NCBI RefSeq assembly: GCF_009914755.1
Contig: NC_060928.1
From: the human T2T-CHM13v2.0 reference genome, Homo sapiens
Length of the DNA stretch: 64,000 nucleotides
Reading direction: 5' to 3' (one strand)
The translations under genes and the position numbers were made by a program. Shown here piece after piece: positions 26,853-46,545 of this stretch (its first letter is position 1; every line of letters begins with the position of its first letter). A model generated the notes under the pieces. The model had not been told where the DNA came from and searched no databases. It worked only from the letters and a program-made list of their open reading frames with translations.

Positions 26853-28162
26853 CAGGTAATCTCTTTGCATGGTTCTGATATGTATACATTTCAGTTATTA
26901 CGGTTTAGTTAAACATTACTAGTTTCTATCAACGCAGTTCATATTTCAGTTACCATGGTATATTAACTGTAATTGCATAAAGCACCAACTTCACCGCTAG
27001 CTCTTTTTTTTTTTTTTTTTTTTTTTAAGATAGAGTCTCGCTCTGTCACCCAGGCTGGAGTGCAGTGGCGCGATCTCCGCTCACTGCAAGCTCCGCCTCC
27101 CAGGTTCATGCCATCCTCCTGCCTCAGCCTCCTGAGTAGCTGGGACTACTGGCGCCCGCCACCACGCCCGGCTAATTTTTTGTATTTTTTTTTTTTAGTA
27201 GAGACGGGGTTTCACCGTGTTAGTCAGGATGGTCTCGGTCTCCTGACCTCGTGATCCGCCCGCCTCGGCATCCCAAAGTGTGGGATTACAGGCGTGAGCC
27301 ACCGCGCCCGGCCACCACTAGCTCTTTAGTCTACATATCACTACCGAAATAACAGATGTGCATCATGATCAATGACAAAACACACCACTTTCAAAGTCTG
27401 TTGGTGATCGGTTGTGGCACATCCCTTATTTGGTTCATGTTCAGATAGCAAGGCAAGTAGTTTCATTTCTTCCTTGTTTTTCAGTGAAAACACATGATAT
27501 TTTACAAAAAAAAAAAAAAGATGACTGAAAAAGGGAATTGGCCAATAAAGACACAGGTGCAGCAAAGAAACAAAAAGTGATAATGCCGTGAATGAAATTC
27601 AAATCAAACATAAGTGCAGTCATAGAAGAATTAGCTAATTATAGAAATATTGACACAGATGCAGTTTGAGAGACTCTAGATATGTAACCAGAGGAACTTA
27701 GCAAGGTAAATGTATCAACATAAATGAGGAAGGTGGTATGGTGACATGTCCCAGTGGATGGGACGTTAGCAACAAACTTTTCATTAAAGAATCTTCCAGA
27801 GATAGAAAACATAAAGAATAGAACGTTGGAAGTTGATTCAAATTTAGAAGGAAGTATGACAATTTGCAAAGGCATAGAAAAGATGTTGGCTTTGTGTCAT
27901 TATACAAAAAGAAGGCAAGCACATTTCCAACCATTCTTGCTAAGTTTTTTACAAAGAAAACCCATTACTTCTCAACATTTCTAATGTTTTAAATTATAGT
28001 GTATTAAAAAAATACTAGTTTTACTATTTTTTCCTTACATATCTATAACTGACAGTAAAACAACATCTTTTAAATGTTTTGATAAAAAGGTTTCAAGATC
28101 AAGGCTTCAGCTTGAAGCTATTTTCATGCTCCTGCATGACTGTATAAAGTGGAGATTGCCTG
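26853..28162 (+). mobile_element. Non-autonomous Tigger (TcMar) DNA transposon with a transposase C-terminal remnant, interrupted by an AluY
   Basis: TA on both flanks and TIRs caggtaatctc / gagattgcctg. ORF 27754-27984 (FSLKNLPEI...DSNLEGSMTICKGIEKML) resembles pogo/Tigger transposase C-termini. Confidence 0.75.
27004..27313 (-). mobile_element. AluY
   Basis: CpG-rich with Y diagnostics (gcaagctccgcc) and TSD acc(g/a)ctagctcttt. Confidence 0.97.
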
Positions 28163-28692
28163 TATGGTATATATTATATCCCACTATCTTCACAAAATCT
28201 ATAATGCATGCAGGAGTTAGTCCAAGAATGGTTTAATTACTGGCAACCAAACTCAGAACTCATTTTCCTCTTCAATGACTAAGCACCAATTATGCTTCTC
28301 AGTCCTTCTGCAAAGACAGGCAACTGCACCATTTTGGTAGGCATGACAAAATATGCCTGAACCATAGAAATAAATATAGTTTAATTGATTTTCCAAGCAA
28401 TTCCTCAGCTCCTGTGTACATATAATTCTTAAAGAAACAATCTCAGCAGCTCTCTCAACATTTCCAGTCATAGGTAATAGGAAAAAGGACACTGCCCCAG
28501 CTGAGATCCTTGTTTTTTACGAAAAGCTAGCAGACAGAAGAAAGTTTTCAAATAACACAAAAATGTGATAGAATGCCAGCTATCATTGCAAAAAAATTCT
28601 AGTAATATTTAGAGAACAGCAGAAAAATATATTTATTTCTAATTCCTAAGTCAAAACCATCTTGATTTTTTAATGTAGTATAATTAAATAAA

Positions 28693-29792
28693 AAGAAAAC
28701 CTAGGCAATACCATTCAAGACTTAGGCATTAGCAAAGACTTCATGATTAAAACACCAAAAGCAATGGCAACAAAAGCCAAAATTGACAAATGGGATCTAA
28801 TTAACCTAAAGAGCTTCTGCACAGCAAAAGAAACTATCATCAGAGTGAATAGACAACTTACAGAATGGGAGAAAAATTTTGCAATCCATCCATCTGACAA
28901 AGGGCTAATATTCAGAATCTACAAGGAATTTAAACAAATTTACAAGAAAAAACAACCCCATCAAAAAGTGGGCAAAGGATATGAACAGACACTTCTCAAA
29001 AGAAGACATTTATGCGGCCAAAAAACATATTTTAAAAAAGCTCAATATCACTGGTCATTAGAGAAATGCAAATCAAAACCACAATGAGATAGCATCTCAC
29101 ACCAGTCAGAATGGCAGTTATTAAAAAGTCAGAAAACAATAGATGCTGGTGAGGCTGTGGAGAAATAGAAACACTTTTACACTGTTGGTAGGACTGTAAA
29201 TTAGTTCAACCATTGTGGAAGACAGTGTGGTGATTCCTCAAGGATCTAGAACTACATATGCTATTTGACCCAGCAATCCCATTATTGGGTATATACCCAA
29301 AGGATTATAAATCATTCTACTATAAAGACACATGCACACGTATGTTTATTGCAGCACTATTCACAATAGCGAGGACTTGGAACCAACCCAAATGCCCATC
29401 GATGATAGACTGGATAAAGAAAATGTGGCACATACACACCATGAAATACTATGCAGCCATAAAAAAGAATGAAATCATGTTCTTTGCAGGGACATGGATG
29501 AAGCTGGAAGCCATCGTTCTCAGCAATCAATCACAGGAACAGAAAACCAAACACCACATGTTCTCATTCATAAGTGGGAGTTGAACAATGAGAACACACA
29601 GGGAGAGAAAAAATGCAAGGGATGGGGGGCAATGGGAGGGAGAGCATTAGGACAAATACCTAATGTGTGAGGGACCTAAAACCTAGATAATGGGTTGATA
29701 GGTGCAGCAAACCACCATGGCACAGGTACACCTATGTAACAAACCTGTACTTTCTGCACATGTATCCCAGAACTTAAAATTTTTTTAAAAAA
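28693..29792 (+). mobile_element. 5'-truncated L1PA, about 1.1 kb
   Basis: ORFs 28743-29087 and 29258-29584 are frameshifted pieces of the ORF2p C-terminus, followed by the 3' UTR and an A-rich tail. Confidence 0.97.
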
Positions 29793-29864
29793 GAAAGCCA
29801 GCTAAAAAAAAATGTCTCTTAGAAGACATACTCTTCATAATTTATCATGACTTGAATGCACATT

Positions 29865-30516
29865 TTGGGGCTCAGAAAATGATATCCCAAAGTATGGTGG
29901 TTTGACATGCTGAGTACTTGAACAAAAGGATATTGGAAGTCATCTGAAGCAGCTTTAGAGCCAAGGTTTCTCTGAACATCTCCCATCTCTCACCCTTCAT
30001 TCTCCCATAAAGTGAGTCAAAGAAATAAGACTTTCTCTTCCTCAAGGTAGGTCATAGAAACTAGAACCCTTTTCCCCCAAAACAAGCCATAAAACCTAGA
30101 AACATTACTCTAAGCTTTCTCTGCCTTTCTGTTTAGGAGCTAGCCATAAAGAAATTCTCTGACTTACCCTTGTCTGATAGTTGGTAATAAGACCCTCATT
30201 CCAGGGGTCCTACCCCATACCCAGGAGAAAGGAATGCTACAATAGAGAGGCTAAGAAGAATCTGGACAGGCCTTGTTGAGTTTCCCTCCTTAGTCTGTTA
30301 GCATTTAGGTCATACCCATTTGTCCAAACACATTTCTACATGGTTGTCCATGTTTCATGGAACCAAATCATAAAAATAGACAGTTTTCCCTGAGCCTTTG
30401 TGCCTTCATTTCCAAAGCCTCCATGTTATGTAAAACTTTGATTAAATAAATCTGTTATGCTTTTCTCTTGTTATCTAGTCTTTTGTTCTAGAAATGTCAG
30501 TTGTGACCCTTATGAT
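29865..30516 (+). mobile_element. ERV1-class LTR, MER39-like, 3' end apparently missing
   Basis: ttggggctcagaaaatgatatcccaaagtatgg start and AATAAA near 30445. No recognisable terminal ...ACA. Confidence 0.75.
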
Positions 30517-31670
30517 AAATAAACCCATAAAAGTAGAAAATAAATAAACCCATGAAAGTAGAAGACACTAATATCTTTTAATTTACATTTATTTTGGTTA
30601 ATTCTTCATAAAATGGAGTAAAAGCAATATATTTCTATTCTCTATCTAAAAGACATTCACACAATTCAACTTCTGACATTTCCAAAGATATACCCCTAGT
30701 CACTATTTTATTGAAACAGTTGCATTTATTTGCCTGATTTTGAATGTGCATTTGGATGTGCAGCCTTGAAAAAGATTACTTACAAAACAATTTCCAATAG
30801 TGATTTGATAGTGGAGGTCACACATTTTAACTTATGAGTCGTGTGGCTCATTGCTATACTTTGAGAGGCCTGGAAATGAGTTGTGCCAGATAATGGTTGC
30901 ATATGTAAATAAACAAGGCCGGAGCTTTTCGGCACAGCACCAAATCACCAGTGAACGGATACTAAAAACCTTCAATCACACAGCTCCAATTTTTCAAAAG
31001 CAGCAGCTGGAAAGAGCACAAGGCCTCAGGTTTGCTGTTATTTAATATGGAGTAAAGTATTTTTTTTAATAGTAAGTATTGTTACACTGCATCATAGGTA
31101 ATAAAATACAAATCCAAGTAAGTGAACTGTACTTTTGAAACTCCTTTTAATGCTAATATTCTTTCAGAATTGAAGAGTAAAGAAGAATTTGGGATTAAAT
31201 TACTAAACATCAGCAGAAGCACAGAAGTGTTTTTTAGAATGTAACATTTATAGGCAATATATATTAAATAAAATAAATTCTTGTTTTTATAAATAAAAAT
31301 TAAGTTAACATACGTGAAAGTCTTTGTTTACACTAGCCAAATTCATCACAATTTGGAACTCCCTTTGTTAACAACAGTATGTAGCTTGAATTAGAAGGAC
31401 TGTACAACACAGGAGCAACAAGATGACCCAAACTACTTTTGCCACTAATTCAATTTCTTGAAAAAATAAACAAAAAGGAATATTTTTCACTAAGGACTTA
31501 CTTTATGTCAAGCACTGTCGGGCCCTTTGTCCACACATTCATTTGGTCATCAAAATAATCCTGTGAGACAGCATCTTTATCTGTATATTACAATTAGCAA
31601 GCAGCATCTCAGGGCTTCCCAAAGCATGCAGACAGGGAGTAAGCAGGTACCCAATATTAAAATCAAGATA

Positions 31671-32137
31671 TGTTGTACCAAAGCAAAACCAGAGCCGATC
31701 AGCAGATAAGTAGTAAACACAGATTTTATTTAAGACTATTACAATAGGGGGAAGGAGACTTCAGTATCAAACTGGGCTCAACTCTGACTACAGCATGGGC
31801 ATGTGGGAATATATAGTCAAGGAGCAGGGTGGAGGTCACTGGATGAAAAATTACTAGGAGGTAACATCAGGAATAAGGAGAATTCTGTCTAAAACAATCT
31901 AACAGGATTCTTGGTAAAGATTAGCTTGGGTATTCAGGATATCACCCAGGGAGTGATGAAGGATGAAGACTCTGATTAGATATTGAGGGTGATCAGCTAT
32001 CAAGGGCAGGAGGTTCTTGCTAAACTGACAAAGAAAGGTTCTTGCTAAAACTGGATTTTGTAAGGAAGTATACAGATGGGCCTAGGGGAAGGCTCAGAAG
32101 CCTAACTAAAGTTTGGTGAAGCAAAGAAGCTTTGGCA
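31671..32137 (-). mobile_element. MER31-like solo LTR
   Basis: Right end ctaaagtttggtgaagcaaagaagctttggca matches the antisense MER31 start. Repeated ttcttgctaaa units and antisense AATAAA near 31725. Confidence 0.8.
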
Positions 32138-32639
32138 ATGGCACTCTGAATTCTGTGCCCTTCCCCATATGCTAAACTTTGTTTGTACTCCAATAATCCA
32201 AAACACAATGGTTCCTTTTTCCCTACCAAATCAATTGTAAACACAAAGCCACAATTTCCCTTTTGTCATTGAAGAAGTTCTCATTTCTCACCCATGTTCT
32301 TTCTAACACTTCATGCTACTACCACTATTTTATGATATTAGTTAAACATTTATGTCATTGCCTTTTGTATTTCTATTTTACCCTAAGGGTATATTATTAT
32401 CCTTTTCTGGGTATTAATAAGGTCAATTGAGATAATCAGGATGAAAGTGTTTTGAAAATTTAAAGGTAGTAGATGAGCTGGGGTCATAATTATGCTTCCA
32501 GTATAGAAAAACAATTTGCTTAACAAATTTAGAAACTACTTTAGAAGAGTGTTTGGCCATGTCCTTCATTCTATACCAAGAAAATCTATTTTAAAGAAAC
32601 TATCTGTACAGTAAGCAGCAGGAGATCATCTGCTGAGAG

Positions 32640-33307
32640 TGCAAGGGCGAATGCAAATTAAAAATAAGAGGCTTAATTCCTCCAGGTTGAAAATAAGAAA
32701 AGACATGATTTTTCTCCCTTTTCTTAAAGCATTTACTTTAGAAAACTTATCATTGAAACTGTATGTAAATTGTTTTAAAGCTAATTAAGCCTCTTGTCAG
32801 GTTTCTTACTCAGAAATATCTATCTCCAGGACCTGGAAATCACCTCTTTAACATACAATCAAGAAAGATTGTGGCCCTATCTCCCTGTTTCTGGGATGGA
32901 TGGGAGCTTTATACTTCTACAGGCACTACAGTCTGAGTTGCAAAACCCCCTTGCCATATTTATTTTTTTCTTTGCATAAAGCCAATTAGCTAACACAGAT
33001 GATCACCCCAATTACCAAGTAAATATAGGATTAACTATGTGTAACAAATGGTGCTGTCAAGTCCTCTTGCTTGAGGAATAGTTATGTTTATTTCGAGGAC
33101 ATGTATGTAATGGGTTGTATCTGCTTGGCTATATACGAGTGAGATTTCTTTCTATCTTGGCAATCTCTTTGATGATTGCCTAGGATATGCATCGCATTCT
33201 GGTTTAATGTTTATTCAATATTACAATTTTATTCTTTCTCTTCCACCATTATGTAGAGGTTTCCAGAATTAGAAAGAGATTTTGTTTTCAATTATATTTT
33301 CCCAACA
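32640..33307 (+). mobile_element. Solo ERV1-class LTR (MER72-like)
   Basis: TG...CA termini, a perfect 4-bp TSD agag, and a gaatgcaaattaaaaataagaggcttaattc start. Confidence 0.78.
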
Positions 33308-36300
33308 AGAGAAAATATATCCTTCTAAAACTTGAGTTTTGAGCACAGAGAATGAAGACCGTAAAGACAATGAACATTTCACCAATGGAAATTTTAAAAG
33401 ATGTGTATAACTTACTTGTTAGAGGAATTCATAGTGAATTATTCTTTTTGGTATTAAAGAGGTGTGCTTTGTGCCTTTTCAGAAGAATATCAGTTCAATT
33501 TTTTCATAAAACATTTGAATTGCATGAATGGATGTATTGATGTGGGGTTATGAAGAGTTACATGTTTAAATGCAAAATAGTGTAAAAAACTGGTGATTGA
33601 CAGGATATAGTAAACTAGGGCAGTGTTCATGAAAGTTCGTTCTCTAGACTCCTAACCCATAGGATGTTCTGTTAAAACACATGGAGGAGAGGAGGCAAAG
33701 AAGTTTTGGAGACTGCATATCATACCCTATTTTAAAGGTTAACATTTATTAACATATTTCTTGCAGTGGAGGTATTTGTCTCATTTTGTTTGATCTAACT
33801 TTCTCTAAATTTATTTTACCTTTGAGAACATTTGTATGAACTATTTTTTAATACCCCCTGATGCTAATGTTATTCCATAGAACATAGCTCTAGGCTGTGA
33901 GGACTCACTGAAGGTTTTTTTTAAATATTAAAACCCACTATATCACTGGAACATATTTCGGGAAGTGCCAATGTAAGACCAGAACTGAAAGTTCAGATTT
34001 TCCCAATCCCATTTAAGAGTGTGAAGGAAAAAAGCACATTTGATCAGTTTGCCTCAGAGTTTAGTGTATGGCAACAGAGCAATTCAAGGTTTTTGGTTAA
34101 TAGGGATTAACAAACACAGCTGGAAAGCCTCTGTTAATCATTAAGAAAAAGAGTAATCTGTAAAAGCAGTTTTAAAAGTGCTTTTCTTTCCCTGAATTTT
34201 TGAATTGTGACCATTCTAAGGGAAATGAATTTAACATTAATCCTTGGTGAGTAAAATTTCCATAATCCCTTTCTATAATTAAGTGAATTATTTTTAATCA
34301 CATCTGCAGCTGATGCAAGCATTTTCCCAACCTAAATAGTAAAACATAAATTCCCTTTATGCCGAGGTAAGTCGTTTCCCTGAAAGTTTATAGTCTTCAG
34401 AATGAGAGCCGAAACCCTCTACCCCTATATTCAACCTGAACACTGAGAACTGGATCTACAACCCTATGAACGCCTACAATAACATGAGTTTGCTATTTCC
34501 TTGTTTTTGTTGGCATTATTTTATTTTTCCTGGAGTCTCTTGCTTAAGCAAAGGATTTTGTTCATGACAGGAAGTTCCGGTGCAACAATCGATTTCTGTT
34601 TAAGCTTCCCAGTTTGTGGTATTTTGCTACAGCAGCAGCCCTATCAGAAAGAATACGCCTTCCCCACTCCACAATACTGCCAGCATTCTGTGGCATTGGT
34701 GCTGTTTCCTGCAATAAGCAATAAACTCAGCCTTTTCTTAATGATAGCTCATGCTAGTTATATTGGAGATGCCAGCATTCAGCAAGAGCCTGCTGGATTT
34801 GCCACTCTTTTAAAGCTGTCAAGAAGAACTTTTGAATAAGATATTATGCCGTGATTTTTTAGTAATGAGAGAAATGTGCATGATTCTTGGAAATGCACAC
34901 CAGTTACAAGAAACATCTAGAAATAAGACCCAAGAAATCGTTGGCAGCCAAATATCTGATAGGCTTGAGCCATACCGTGGAGTTTGAAATTTATCCTAAA
35001 AGCAATGAGAAATAATTAAAGGATTTAAACCAGAAAAGCAAACAAACAAACTAAAAAAAATCCTTCAACTCTATTATAGCTGCAATTAATTTCATTTTGA
35101 AACTTTTTATAGTATACCATATGCCTGCATATATGAAAAAAAAGTTTGCCTAAACTCTGTTCTCAGAAAAAGTAAATTATCATATCTATCTATGTCTCTA
35201 TCTATCATCTTACAACTCAGGAAAAGTAAAAACGAGCCCCAGGTATATTAGAGATTCAAAATACGGCTCTAGTGAAAATGAGGACACCAAAGTCAGAGAT
35301 CCATGTGAGCAATATGAAAAAATTGCTTTGTAAAATGTGAGGCTGAAAATAATTATTTAGAAATTTATATTACTTTATATAAAAATGTGTTCAAACATAC
35401 ATTATTATATCAAATACTAATATATTTGAGTATTTTATCTATATCTGGACAATAGATACAGATAAAATTTACCTATCAGTTTTCAATGTTTCTGGTCAAT
35501 ATTTAAGGCTGGCCAAAAATTTACTTGGATGGATCTTATCTTTGGGAGCACAGGGGATCAGAGTATCACGTTAAACACAGGCTTATGCTACTGGTGGGTA
35601 GATACATAGAGAGACAGCCAGATATTAATCACAAATTCTAGCAGATTCAAAAATGTATTTACTCTATAGGTTGGGTCCTTTATTTCTTTATATCACATGT
35701 GATTCTCCTCTTCCAAATACAGAATACCAGGAAAATAAATGAAATTTAATCAAATCTACCTGAAGATTAGTCTATTTAGATTGAACTTTCTTTCTTCAGA
35801 GTAACTGCCAAGCCTTCCTCATTTTCTGCCCCCATCCTTTTGCTCCTCCCCAAAATGGAGTCTCATGTTTGTTTCAGGCAATGTACATGACACCATGCCA
35901 CTGAGGGAGAGGAAGACCTCAGCTTTCTGCTAATCTTCCAGGGCACGCTGGCTGGTATCTCTAGAAGTACAAGTAGCTCGATCCTGTCCCTGAGTGTTCT
36001 GCTAGAATCTACTAATCGTACAATTAATGGTCTACACTTCCTCAGGTTGGTTATTTCCCTCTGACCCTTCTTTAATATTTGGCCTCACTTTCAACGTTTC
36101 TAACATTGAAGATCCACGGTGAACATAAGTGCCCTGGGATATCATTGAACCAAAAGTTAAGAATTTTTGTTTATCTAATAAACAATGAAATAGCCAAAAG
36201 ATGGGCACAAAGAGAAAGAGCCTGGGTTTAAAAATAAAACATATTTAATTATATTTTAAATTTCATAATAATAAAACATTTCCTCGCAATATATTTTAAA

Positions 36301-37479
36301 GCATACTTTTAGTAAGTGGAATAATAGTATGGAATAACGAAAGTGGATCCTTTCATAAAGGGAAATTCACTTTACCAAAAGCCCAATGAGAATCATACTA
36401 TGGAAAGAGGGCAGCATTAGAAAACCAGTAGGTAATATCTCATGAACTGTGATGAATATATTTCAAATAAAATCAGTTTTTAAAATTCTGCTGAAGTGCT
36501 ACTTCCCAGAATATGGAGTGACTGTAATCTTGTTTATTTACTATGTGATTTACTTAGGAATATACATAAGACTGCATCATCTTGACCACTGATAACTACA
36601 TGGTTGTTTATGTGGTTGCTTGAGACTCTTTTGCAGAGTTGTGCCTTTTAAAACTAAAGAGTTGTTAGTTTCATTTAAAAGAAAAAAAAGAAATTACATG
36701 CAACTCAAAAAGATTTGGAGCAAATACTATGTAAAATATAATGAGGGTCTTTCCTCCATTCCAGGAAATTTAAGAACACTTTTATATTCTATGATGAGGT
36801 CTTCTGAAACTGGAGCCCATAAAGTGCTATTTCTAAAGTAGTATATTTCAATAGATAACTTTCTTAGATAATATGTTTTTATTTCCTTAATTTTCTCAGT
36901 GTTTCAGTACATAAAATACTATCAAATTTATATTCCAGGAAGCTTTCAAAAGTATTTCAAAAACATGCTTAACAATTTTTAATGTGACCGATGTTATTTC
37001 CTAATGATATAGAAAGTCCTGTTGACTTTGTTATGTGAAAGCACATAATTAGGTTCCAAATTAGTGATCTGTTTAAACTTGATACTCCTGAAGTAGATGA
37101 GAGTCTGGTTTTAGGAGAGGCCCAAATTGAGGGATAAAGCTTTGCAAATGAGGCTCAACATTAGTCTATCCTGGTCTACATAATCCAGTTTAAGCTTCCT
37201 TAAATTACGGCTTTTCTACATTTCCCCCAAAATCCCTAGGCATATTTCTTCACTTTTAGGTAATGTAAGCATAAAGTAAGGAGAAAATGACATCTTGGGT
37301 TAATGTAATTAGGAGGTGAAAAGTCCACCAATGTGTTAAGATTTGAAACAATCTTTATCCAATACATATTTTCCACATTTTGATATTTTAGAACCTAAAA
37401 TTCACAAGTAGACACTTGGCAAGAAAAAAGTGACAACATACACTTCCTACCCTAATACTTGGGTATATAATAAATCTTT

Positions 37480-37545
37480 TGTGCCTTGTACATAATAGGT
37501 GCACAATAGATGTTTGTTGAATGAATGAATGAATAAATGAATGAA
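37480..37545 (+). mobile_element. L2 3' tail with (GAAT)n
   Basis: gtgccttgtacataataggtgcacaatagatgtttgttgaatgaatgaatg. Confidence 0.75.
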
Positions 37546-38689
37546 AATATTGTCTGTGTAGGTTTATCCTAACTTGTGGAAAGCATACACTAATGAATTC
37601 TACCCTTTCTAGGCATATTTATATCTCTTACTATGATCTTAGGATCATATCCTTTAAGTGAAATTGCTTTTCTAAATCTAACACAGTTATGATATCATGT
37701 GATCAACAATGAGATCTTTTATTTGTTTTTAATTCCATCACAAAATAATAATTATTTGATGAGGAGATAATTACTGATCCTTAATCAAAAAGAAAGATAA
37801 TTCTGATTTGGTGAGTTTTCAATAAAGCTTATTAAGTCTACAGGGAAATATGGAGTTGGTGAAAGCTAGAAATTGGAATCTACAGTCAGTTGCCGAATAG
37901 CTTATTTCATCTCTTCATTTCAGTAAAAGACATGAAGCTGGCAAAGCCAATATTAAACTTGTTATCGAGTCCAAAAATTACTATACAGCGTTCATGAGAA
38001 GACTACAGCAATGCTTCCAGACTCAAACTGCTCTTAAAATTTCACTGAAGACAGATTCAGCCTAATTCATGAATATATTGAATTAGCATGACTACATGCT
38101 TTATTCAGGTCACTGAGGAGACTGAATTTATCTGCTTAGTGGGAAGGTCAACTGGAAGGGAATTAATTAAGGAGTGTTGGAAATGGATTACATTGTAAGC
38201 TTCCATATAGAATATAAAAGAAAATTAAGACCCAGAAGGTAAACATCAATAAGTAAGAGAAAAGGTGCACCAGGTTCGCATGGATTAAAGGTACATTTTA
38301 GTGAAAGAGAACAAATACATTTTCTGAGGACAAAAGGATATGGAAGTAAATTAAAGTACTTATGAACCTTAGCTAGTCATAAGAAAGATAGGCTCTTGTC
38401 TAACATTTAACTCCATCAGTCTTAGCAACTGCCTGAACACATGAAACTTTACAAAAAAACTTCCATTTCCTAATTTGGGGAACTTGGTTATTTTAAGTTT
38501 TGGCAAATTTGGTTTAGACTAGTATTTTAAAATTATTCTTTTTCTAATCTTTATGCCTCTAAGACCAACTATTAATAAACAAATATTACAAACTTAAACA
38601 GCTAGTCAAGCCTCTAAAAGCATATATAATATTATTCAAAATAAAAGTATTAAAGAATGAAGCCTGAGCAACAAGGCATAAGGAGCTAA

Positions 38690-39047
<358 letters not shown>

Positions 39048-39098
39048 TCTTCCTTCTTTTTAATAAAAAATGGAAATTAGTTAAAAGGGATAGATTTA

Positions 39099-40926
<1,828 letters not shown>

Positions 40927-41369
40927 TTAAAGGCCGTATTTAGCCCTGTGGTCTGCTCCGTGAAGTGTATAATGAATGCTGAAGAAACTTGAAGGAAACA
41001 TTCTCCAGTTCTGTGTATTGTTATACTGGAAGAAGTTGAGAGATGCAATTTGCAGTGACAGATTCACCAAATAGAACAGCATGAAATGAGAAATTATGTG
41101 GTGAGCAAAAAATGTGTTTAATAATGCAGTGCATTAAGAATGGGAAAATTTTTTAGCCTAGAAAAATATTGACAGATAAAATAAGCTATGGAATCAAAAT
41201 GTTCCTTCAAAATGTGATCTCAACCGTTTGATAAAGGATTACTGAAACTTGTAACACATTAATTTAGAGTTTCTTATGCAAAAGAAATCAAATACTCACA
41301 TACTCTATGAAAAATCTTAGAAGTAATAAATGATACATATAATCTATGATTCCTTTTCCAGAACAGGAT

Positions 41370-41525
41370 GGCTAGAAGTGAATATAGTGGACTTGGCCTC
41401 AAAACTTGATTCTGGCCATTGGTAGCTGCATAAATATGAGCCAGTCAGACTCACTATAAGCCACAGTTTTCTCATCTGTATAAAATATGAGATTAATAAT
41501 CCCTAACTCAAGGTTGTTGTAAATA
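41370..41525 (+). mobile_element. MIR relic
   Basis: gccacagttttctcatctgtataaaat...aggttgttgt. Confidence 0.65.
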
Positions 41526-41769
41526 TATGTCTTTCTGTATATAGATGTTTTGTTTCATAGTAGGCATAAACAAATCAAATAATCCCAGTGCACCCTTTTA
41601 CGTTGGAAAGCCAATATGTGGTACGATTTTTATAGAGTGTTAATTTTTTCCTGAATATATGTGTTCGTCAACATAATTAATGTTTAGCTTTGCTACAGTC
41701 AGCCAATAAGTCTTGGATCTTGATAACTTAAAGGAAGCAATATTTATTTTACAAAGTCTTACACAAACA

Positions 41770-42107
41770 CTTTGAGGGATCCAGGCTGCATCCATCTTGT
41801 GATGACTAATATATTAAAAACTTTTTTTTTTTTTTAGTTTTTAAAATTGGTCTCATGGAGGTAGTGAATAGAATGATATCTTAACACCTGTCCTCTAAGG
41901 CCTCTCTAGCTGGGAAGAAGGAAGGTAAAGGTGGAGGGTACATTAAAATGTTCAACTTGAAAGGAATTTGCATTAGTTTCTCTCACATTTTACTGGCCAG
42001 AATTCATCACATGTCCTGACTAATTGCAGGAGGCTGGTAAATGGTTTCCTTGCATGTGTTTAAGAAGGAAAGAACTGGGTTAGCTGAGTACTAATTGTCT
42101 TGATCAC
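41770..42107 (-). mobile_element. Old MLT1 (J/K-like) LTR relic
   Basis: gatccaggct..ccatcttgtg and ctggccagaattcatcacatgtcc blocks. Confidence 0.5.
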
Positions 42108-42271
42108 AGTAGAACTCTGGGTTTATTTTTAAATACCTGGAATGCCATTTCTAAAAACCATGCTTATTGGTGTAATGGTAATATGTATGTGTCCTGATGC
42201 ATACAGCAATACGCCAAGACACCAAGTTGCAGCAGAGAAAGAGTTACAATTACAGGACCACCTAACAATGG

Positions 42272-45607
<3,336 letters not shown>

Positions 45608-46299
45608 GGAGGAAACCACAAATTTATCTCCCCAGGGAGTTTGGGGCTAGGGATTTAAAAGGTTTTGGAGGGGATTGAAATGCAGAGATTGTTAATTGGT
45701 CAAAGAATGCAGAGGGAAGTCATGGGACAGGGAGATGAAGAAGTTATATTCTCATGCTGATTCCGTTCCTCTGTAAGAGTCTTTAAACTGGTAGGCATTA
45801 GCTATTTTGCCGAAATTTGGGATCCACAAAAACACCTTTAGCAATCCATAAACAAAATCTTATGATTCTAATGTCAAAGATCCTGTCTGTAAGAACAATG
45901 TGAATGCAAATCAATTCTTAAATGGTCTTATGATCCTATTGTCAGCAATCCTACCTATGGGAACAATCAGTATCTAGTGCTACGTGACTTCAGCAAGAAG
46001 GAAGTGGGCGAAAGTGCAGTCTGATTAATGTTTCATTATACCTATATTTCTGTGCAGAACCCGGTGTGCAATTCCTGTCAACCCTGTGAGGATTAATTGG
46101 CATGAACCAAAGTGTACATGGCTTATGTTCTCTAACTCCTAATAAATCATTGCATATTTTTAAAAAAATTGTTGCTTGCTTAAAATATGAATTTAATGTA
46201 TATCTGGCAGAAAGAGATGCTGATTTACTTTGCTATTACTGTATTTGCTTGAGTATATCCGGCTATCTTTCAGGGAACACATGGATATATCTATTTCTT

Positions 46300-46545
46300 A
46301 CTGTCTCCATGGCTAATACTCAAGTCCATGGAATCTCCATTATGTCTCATTATGAAGTCTGTAAATGTAACTGAACTGATTATCCCACTTCTACTTTTGT
46401 CACCCAAAGTGCATATGCACAGCAGCCATGGTGACATTTTATAAACCTAAATCGGGTCATGTCACTCCTCTGCTCAAAACTCTCCAGTTCCATCATACTC
46501 AGATTAAAATTCAAACTATTTACTTTAGCCTATAGAATCCTGCAT
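46300..46545 (+). mobile_element. L2 relic
   Basis: tcatgtcactcctctgctcaaaactctccag, an L2 hallmark block. Confidence 0.75.

Noticed and set aside
33617-34790. Possible ancient hAT-Charlie and LTR relics
   Set aside because: Only faint resemblance. I could not fix boundaries or family without an HMM search.
37905-38065. Splice-acceptor-like site followed by a ~46-codon open frame
   Set aside because: No recognisable protein similarity and no partner exons. Such sites are expected by chance.
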